From assembly GCF_001194135.2 (NCBI RefSeq), contig NC_068990.1, forward strand, positions 52,973,395 through 53,015,368: a DNA stretch of 41,974 nucleotides. Direction: 5' to 3'. The notes beneath the pieces are model-generated. The model was not told the origin of the DNA. It saw only the letters and a list, made by a program, of their open reading frames with translations, and did no database searches. The first letter of the stretch is position 1. The number at the start of each line of letters is the position of its first letter. The stretch comes from Octopus bimaculoides (taxonomy: Eukaryota). Shown in pieces: positions 34,183-41,974 of the stretch. Both the position numbers and the translations under genes were made by a program.

Positions 34183-35659
34183 ATTCTTTCCTTCTTCCTC
34201 TTATTATTATTAATGCAGTATAACTACCACCTCCACCAATGATGATGATGATGCAGTATAACTTATCTAGTCTCACAGAAGCTACCCCCTATCCACCAAT
34301 CCATAAAGAAAAAACAACAAAAAAGCAAAACATGGAATTTGAAACATTTGTTTTATCAAGCTGAAATGGAAAGAAAGAACTTGGTTTCCAGCTGACTGCA
34401 GTCATTTGCTGAAATAACTGATACCCTTTTTGAAGTCAGTGTTTGGTATTAGTGAAGGCTTCCTGTTGCATTAGCAGAGTTTGTAGTACCCACCACCCTA
34501 CTCTGAAGAAAGTATAATTGCTAAGAACTATATACAATTCAGAATAACTCTATACAGACATTCATACATATATTGCTAATGTTACCTAGATTTTAAACAA
34601 ATCACCTTAGTTTATGATAGCTGTCATCAATGCTTTTATTCTTAGCTAGTTGTTTTGGTGAAGAACAAAGAGATATCTCTCTCTCTCTCCTTTTGCCAGT
34701 ATCCTTCAATGATTAATCTTCATTAATTGCTATTTTTTGTATTTGTGTTTCATTCTTGCCACAAGTTGTTCACTGAGAAATATAAATATTGTTTTTATTT
34801 ACATTTTAGTCTTCCAAAATTTATAAATGCACCCAAAAATACCTGTGTGACTAAGTTATTAAAATAGTGGACAGCTGACCAGTTAAGGTCATTGACTGAT
34901 TTAATTTCAAATATCTATAAAGCCAATTGCCAGGCAGTTTGATACCATTCTTGTCATTTATAGAGCTTCTGGGGGGCATTGGGTTCCAATAGTGGAAGGT
35001 TCAATCTTCTTAGTTATTTCTTGAAATTGAAGATGCCTCAATCCAAATACACCAACTGAATGGTGTAGGTCCAGGTTTGGTGTCCAGTAGGAGGTTAGTG
35101 AAGTTGTTCTCAATCAGAGCATTTGGGTTCCTGTTGTGGAAAAAGGCTTTTAAGTTGGGTCTGACAGAGGAAACATTCACTATTGCCATATATGTCAAAT
35201 TTACTAGGTTCGTCTTGGAGGGATAAGATATAGGCTCCTGCTGCACAGAGCTTGTTTGGTATCTGTGAAGGTATACCTGTTGGGTTAATTAAAACATTGG
35301 ATGTTGTGGACATTGTGGAAGTGTAACACTGATGGATAAGTAGCTAAAATTTAGAGGTGTTTTGGGGGGACCAGAAATTACTAAAGTCTGCTGTTGAAGT
35401 ATGCCTGTCTCTTTGTCTGTGTTTTGGTACTGTTGCTTGCCTAATTTTATGTTCTGTAACTTAGCAGCGTGACAAATAGAGATCACAAAAATACCAGCCA
35501 TGAAAATAAGTACTGGGTCAATAAGATTTATTAAAATCCTTCATGATGGTGCTCTAGCATAGTCACAATCTAATGATGGAAGTCTGGAAAGAAAAAGACA
35601 GGTTGGTTATAGGTTAAACATGTTTGAGCACAGATCTCTTTGATCATACTACTACTATA

Positions 35660-35986
35660 TGGCTGATGACTTTGTTGGTTATGATGAGTGTTCAAGTTGA
35701 TACAATCAACAAAGCAGCCTCTTTGTGAAATTAATGTGCAAGTGGCTGAGAACTCCACAGATATGTGTACCCCTAATGTAGTTCTGAGAGAGATTCAGTG
35801 TGACACACACTTTGACAAGGTTGGTCCTTTGAATTACAGGTACAACTCATTTTTGCCAGCTGAATGGACTGGAGCAACATGAAATAAAAAGTGTCTTGCT
35901 CAAGGACTCAATGCACCATCAAGAATCAAACTCATAACCTTATGATCCTGAGTCGAACACTCTATTCACTAAGCCTTTTGCCTTCA
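35660..35986 (-). mobile_element. Family-B SINE, old, with a tRNA-like head and a conserved-core-like segment
   Basis: On minus: GAAGGC..GGCTTAGTG..GAGTTTGATTC, then TCCTTGAGCAAGACACT..TTGCTCCAGTCCATTCAGCTGGCAAAAATGAGT. The tail is homologous to 27905-28090. Confidence 0.75.
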
Positions 35987-37091
35987 CATATTTCTACATG
36001 ATTCAAAGAGTATTAACTGTAGACAGTTTGTGTCAAGTTAAAATGCATGTACCAAAAATTCATATACAACTACTGAAATTTTCTGATTCTGCAATAAAGG
36101 GGTAAAAATATTTACACATACATGGTTCAAGAATGGTTGTGCTCTCTGAGAAAAAAAATTGTCATCAGCCTTGACCATTACAGTGTCAATAATTAGTTTA
36201 GCACATGTATCTCTAGGCTGGTATGAGGAGCTCCCAGCCCATGGTTCCATAGAGTTTGAATCTCTACCATCTTTACCTTATAAAATCTTGCGTCATCTTA
36301 TCTCCAAACTTAATCAAATTATGTGAGGGTGGGGAGGAGGAGAAATTGGAGGAATTTTGAAATGGTGGTTGTTCGGCAGTGAAGCTGTGAATGAGTGTGT
36401 CTCAGGTGAAAGTTTGGAACAGTAAATGAAATATGAATCAGTGGCAGAAGTAAAAGGGTGGTTTTGATGAGTTTGGCCATAAATGAAACTGACAAAATAT
36501 TTAAAGGGCATGCATGTGAACACACACACACATTAGGTTTTTTTTTTTTTTAAATTGGAAATATTTTCTAACATATTGAAGTTGAATTAAGGGTTGAGTT
36601 GAACAGCTGCAAATGTCACAAACTCTGGAATTTATCTAACTTCTTAGGTTTGTCATAACTCTGCTTTATCTTTTACATCTTTATAGGTATTATCTTATAA
36701 TTATTATTGTTATTTACTATTTTACTGTATGACACTATACAATTGTCTGCGTTATTGGTGTTTTATGTGGTTATATTACTTGTTCATTGTTTTTTATGTC
36801 TGACATTGTTTTCATGTTTTATGGTAATTCAGTTTTGAATTGATAATCTAGAAGTTAAGATTTTAAAATGTTTATTTACTCATACAGTTTTTTATGTTTC
36901 TTTTATGAGTTTTAATTTCATTTCTAAATAGTGACTTTCTCCCAACATACAACACAACAGAAAACCTGCCACAAATTTCATATCTTCTCGGTTTCCAAAG
37001 AGTTGTTTTTGTTACAACAAAGTCATGCATTGTTTAGTGCTATCATTCTGTGCTGTTATTGAGTCTATCGAGTTTAGACTAAAACCAAATA

Positions 37092-39300
37092 CAGAACAAC
37101 CTCGGTTCTTGAATGTCTCACATGTCAAACAAATCTGTTTTTGAACAGAAAATTTGAGATGAGAATGCCTTGGTTATTGAACAAAATTTCAGTTCTCAAA
37201 CAACATTGCTGAACTAAGCTGAACCGAATTAACCTGAACGGAATCATTTCTGTGTCAACTACTGTATTGTATACATTTCTGTGTTGTGCTGTGTTTTTCT
37301 TTTCCAATTTTATTGTACTGCGCCTTTTTTCTCTTCATTAGCCCTTAGTCGTGGCTCCAAAGAAAGCTAGCAGTGATACTGGCAAAGAAAAAAGAAATGT
37401 TGAGAGAAAAACAATTGAAGTGAAGAAAGAAATTATCACAAAACACAGAAATGATGTTTGAGTGTCAAATCTCACTGAGCAGTATGGTATGCCTAAACCG
37501 GCAATATCTACTATTCTAAAAAATAAAGAAGTGATAAAAGCAGCTGTTGCAAAAGGAGTGATTGTTATTAATAAACAAAGACCAAAGATACTTTTATAAA
37601 TGAGAAACAGTTAGCAGGTGACAATGTCTGTGAAGCATTTATTTATGAGAAAGCATTAGAAATTTATAATGATCTAGTAAAGACAACCCCGGGTACAAGT
37701 GCTGAAAGTGATACTTTTGAATTCAAAGCTAGTAGAGGCTGGTTTGAGAAATTTAAGAACACAAGTGACACAGTGTAATTAGGCATGGAGAGGTGGCAAG
37801 TTCAAACAAGGAAGTGGCTGAGAAATTTTTGATTGAGTTTAGTGACTTGATAAAGAAAGGAGGTTATCTTCCCCAACAGATGTTTAAAGGGGATGAAACA
37901 GGGTCATTTTCGAAACGAATGCCAAATAGGAACTATATTACTAAGAAGGAAAAAAAGCATTGCCAGGGCACAAGCCAATAAAAGATAGACTCACTCTTTT
38001 GCTATGCAGCAACGCAAGTGGCAATTTGAAGGTCAAGCCATTGCTTGTTTACCATTCTAATAATCCAAGGGTTTTCAAAAGAAAAAAATGTTATGAAGAG
38101 TAAATTGCCTGTTATGGTGGCAGGCTAATATGAAGGAGTGGATTCATGAAGTTTTTGCTCCGAGTGTTAAAAAATATCTGCAAGAAAAAAACATGCCATA
38201 AATGCCTTCTCGTGTTAGACAATGCTCCCACTCACCTTCTAGGTTTGGAGGATGACTTAGTTGAAAACTTTGATTTTATTCAGGTCAAATACCTGCCACC
38301 TAACACAACTCTAATACAACCAATGGATCAACAGGTCATTGCAAACTAAGAAACTTTATACAAAAGCCCTGTTTTGAAAGTGTTTTCAAGTCACTAATGA
38401 CACTCAGTTAATTCTCAGAGAATTTTGGAAAAATCATTTCAATATCCTGAATTGTGTTTATCTTATTGATAATGCATAGAACCAAGCGAGTTACAGAACC
38501 ATGAATTCAGCATGGAGGAAACTTTGGCCAGACTGTGTACCATAATGAGACTTTGAGGGGTTTGAGACAGCTACAAGTACTGTTGTTGTGAAGGAAAATG
38601 CTATTATTGATGATATTGTCTCTGTGGGAAAAACTACGGGCTTAGATGTTGACAGTGAAGATATTGGAAGACCACCGTACTGAGCTTACCACCGAAGAGC
38701 TCATACACCTCCAAAATGAACAGCAAAAAACTTTGGCTCAGGAAACATCTTCCGGGGAAAAGGAAGGAAAGGAGGATGTTGCAACTTCTTTAATCAAAGA
38801 AATTTGTGCTAAATGGGTTGATGTGCAAAGTTTTGTGGGAAAATATCACCCTGATACAGTGGTAGCAAATAGAGCAGTAAACCTTTTCAATGATAATGTC
38901 TTGTCTCATTTTAGAAAAATTTTACAATGCAGGCAAAAACAACTAACATTGGACAGGTTTTTACTAAAAGAAAAAAGAAACCCCCAGAGAAAGATTTACC
39001 TGAACCAAAGAGACAGTGAAGGGAAACCCACCACCTGAAGACAGTTACCAGAAGTTATTATGGAAGGGGATTCCCCTTCTAAGAAATAACACACTTTTGC
39101 GTGTTAGTTACAGTTTGAATAAACGTTTTTCTACTAAAATACTTAGTGTAAGTGTGTAAATAAGCATTCATCTGGTGCTTGGAAATGAGTTAATCTCTTT
39201 TACATAAATTTTAATGGGAAAAAATGATTCAGTTCTCGAACAATTCAGTTTTAGAACAGACTTTCAGAACAAATTATGGTTGAGAACCTAGGTTCCTCTG
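37092..39300 (+). mobile_element. Tigger/pogo-like DNA transposon, 2209 bp, defective
   Basis: Imperfect TIRs TA|CAGAACAACCTCGGTTCT and AGAACCTAGGTTCCTCTG|TA. The protein has a CENP-B-type HTH (RKTIEVKKEII..ISTILKNK), FKASRGWFEKF, GDETG, VLDNAPTH and QPMDQQVI, with many stops and frameshifts. Confidence 0.92.
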
Positions 39301-39439
39301 TATTTTAGAAGGTTTTATTCAAACTCTTCTCTCTACTACTTCTTTAGACAGTGGTCAAATCAGTCTGTGATGTGTGGTGGTGACCACATATTATCTCATA
39401 TTTTGGTCAAATGGTCTGTGAAGGTTATAAATGTAACAC

Positions 39440-39880
39440 CCTCCTTTCTTCTGACTAAACTAACCAGTTAACAAAGCTGGCCTTCTTCAGTGTACAGGGG
39501 ACATTCTTCAGTATGAAGATGAAACCTGGACTCTGAAAAGGAGCTTCAAGATTACCTTCAAGGTACCTACATCAGATTTTTAAGAAGGACACCAAACATC
39601 TCATAGCACAAACACAAAACTGAAAAGGAGATTTATAGACATATTCCACACATCACTACTATTGTTGCTCAATGTAGAGTAGGCATTACTGGTTACTCCT
39701 AATTATGCTGCACATTAAGCCATATCAGGTGTTGTATTTTAGATATTTACAAATGCAGGATGGAGGCCACTCAAGTACATTGATATTGGCAGGGGAAGGC
39801 ATACAACATGAAATTGAAGATATACAAAATCAGTAGGGGTCAGAGATACCTGTAAGGTGAGAAATACATTGCAATTGCCG
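39440..39880 (+). mobile_element. Old RTE post-RT relic
   Basis: DILQYEDETWTLK resembles the RTE motif VLLYG.ETWTL, followed by a degenerate TIV..R....G. Confidence 0.55.
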
Positions 39881-40439
39881 CTAATTGATGGAAAATAGAT
39901 ATTTTACTGTTGTCTACTTGATTGTAGTTTTCTTTTCATTCATTCATCACCTTTGGCAACATTGTTTTATTGTTTCTGGCTAAATTACTTCATAGCTTTT
40001 TGTTTTGTTCTTCATAATTGCGATGTTTAAAATTTGTTCCTACTTAGTTGAAGTTTTAGTTTCTTTGCAGCTACTCTAATGGATTATTTAACTCTATTTA
40101 TATAACTCTATTTTGGATATTTTATTAACTGGTACAAGTTTTTAATGCTTTTTTTTAGTTTTATGACTTTTCCAACTGTAAATTTAAGTCTATAAAACTA
40201 GTTTAGGAGCAAGACTGGATTAAAACCCAAAGAAGCCCTAAGCACTTAAAAGATTTCGGTGCTTCATATATATGTGGTTCAAAATATAAACAATAATAAA
40301 CCATAAAGTAAATTGTTACTTTACAAAATCAATAGTAAGATGGAAAATAATGTTTATTTTTGTATATTCATATTTGAAAAGTTTCCTCCAACTTTTTTTA
40401 ATTGCAAAGTCTTTGATCAGATCCTCAAAATTAATCTTA

Positions 40440-40720
40440 TGTAACACATCTGCTTCTATACTTAGAGATAGGGCATCCTGAATATTATTATAGCAAGTTT
40501 AAAGTGATTTCTTTTGTACTGGTGCACCCCCATCCTCCCCGCTTTAGGAGTGATGGCAGCTGTAGTGTTTCTGTACAAAATATTCTTTGATGAATTCCAC
40601 GATTTCCATCAGCTCATTCTCAAACAGCAGCCATTCTCATTATAGGATTAAATCTTGGATATTCTGATATCAGTATGTACTCTCAGGCAAGGTAGAGGGC
40701 TCTCCTTCCTTTAGGGAAAA
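40440..40720 (+). mobile_element. Old CR1/L2-like endonuclease relic
   Basis: Frameshifted HPR..G..VAV.LYK, FFDEFHDF and ILIIG.LN resemble AP-endonuclease motifs. Confidence 0.4.
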
Positions 40721-41618
40721 TACTACCAGAGGTTAGTCATTAAGTTAGAAATAAAAATGGGGACTGATTCAGGCTAATTAACTGAGCATAACCATTCTAT
40801 TTGACTTGTTTCATTAATGCCCTTGAGAAGGACATGAATTTCACTCAATCTCACTATGCCTATCACTGACACTTAACCAGGTCATCTCTCTCTCTCTTTT
40901 CTCTCTGCAAATTCAGTCTATTTCAGCACTTCTCAATGTGGATGGCACTGTCCCCTAGTGGTGGGGAACATTGGAAAATTTTATATGGGCACCAGGGAAA
41001 AAGGGGATACTAGGGAGTCATAGATGATTCTTTACAGTTTTTTAGTCTTTGACTTTGATTGAAATATTAATTTTCATTGCTTGTTAGTCATCATCACCAG
41101 CAACAATTACAATATTAGTAATAATGATGGACTTTGAAATATAAAATAAATAAATTAACATAAGCTGTGTTTATAAATAGTAAACAATATGCTTAAGTAT
41201 AATTGTCAAAATTAGTTGGTATTTCCACACATACAATAAAGGTAGCCACTGCACTTCTAGTGTTAGGTCATATCTCAACTTGAAATGTGCAAATATATTG
41301 ATATGTAAATGTTTGTTATTGATTCTAGTATAAACAGAATTTTAAACTTTCATATGGGCAGAGAAATTAATGTTTGTGGATAACATAGAAAATGGAATAT
41401 AAGAATGTTTCAACTGGTTTCCATATGAAGCACAACAAATATATACCTGAGTTTGTTTGAAGTCACAAGCTAAAGTTTGGGGCTAGTAGTCACCTGTATC
41501 AAACTAGTACCAGAATCAAATTACCCCGGCCTAATAATATGTGTATATGTAATGACTAAAAAGAGTTTGAGAAGCATTAATCTATCTGAAAAATAGTAGG
41601 TGTAAAATATCTGTTAAT

Positions 41619-41974
41619 CATCATCATCATCATCATCGTTTAACGTCCGCTTTCCATGCTAGCATGGGTTGGACGATTTGACTGAGGACTGGTGAAACCG
41701 GATGGCAACACCAGGCTCCAGTCTGATTTGGCAGAGTTTCTACAGCTGGATGCCCTTCCTAACGCCAACCACTCAGAGAGTGTAGTGGGTGCTTTTACGT
41801 GTCACCCGCACGAAAACGGCCACACTCGAAATGGTGTCTTTTATGTGCCACCCGCACAAGCCAGTCCAGGGGCACTGGCAACGATCTCGCTCGAAAATCC
41901 TACAGGAGCCAGTCAGGCGGTACTGGCAACGGCCACGCTCAAAATGGTGCATCTCATGTGCCACCCGCACAAGA
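41619..41974 (-). mobile_element. Young RTE LINE 3' end, continuing past the right edge
   Basis: It has an (ATC)n tail, and 41622-41806 is the reverse complement of 7995-8179 with no mismatch that I could find. Confidence 0.93.

Noticed and set aside
39490-39562. Apparent host exon (acceptor..AAG|GTACCT) encoding DILQYEDETWTLK
   Set aside because: It is better explained as the RTE LLYG.ETWTL motif within an old LINE relic.

Overview
This is an AT-rich (roughly one-third GC, estimated by eye), microsatellite-rich eukaryotic window, intronic or intergenic, with five assembly gaps (7201-7994, 22992-23001, 25380-26198, 26706-26715, 26899-27807). The repeat landscape (RTE LINEs with (GAT)n tails, tRNA-type SINEs, TTAA MITEs) suggests a coleoid cephalopod, probably Octopus; this is an inference from recalled repeat families, not a database match. 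No intact host gene could be identified. Almost all recognisable coding sequence is transposon-derived: several RTE LINE pieces; a Gypsy-in-Gypsy nest that lacks integrase and has a young RTE inside one LTR; a TIR-complete Tc1 element with DD37E spacing; a deleted maT (D37D) element; a Tx1/L1 fragment; a piggyBac relic plus a related MITE; a Tigger/pogo element; a stack of R4/Dong-like RLE 3' ends in (TAA)n repeats; Helitron-type pieces; and a 1.34 kb PIF/Harbinger (ISL2EU-like) deletion derivative. That last element is the most interesting item. It keeps a spliced 277-codon THAP reading frame whose only lesion is a TGA at an expected zinc-binding Cys. Candidate host micro-exons near 22.3-22.9 kb are weakly supported. 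I found no compelling evidence for a wholly new biological system; the findings below are ranked hypotheses.
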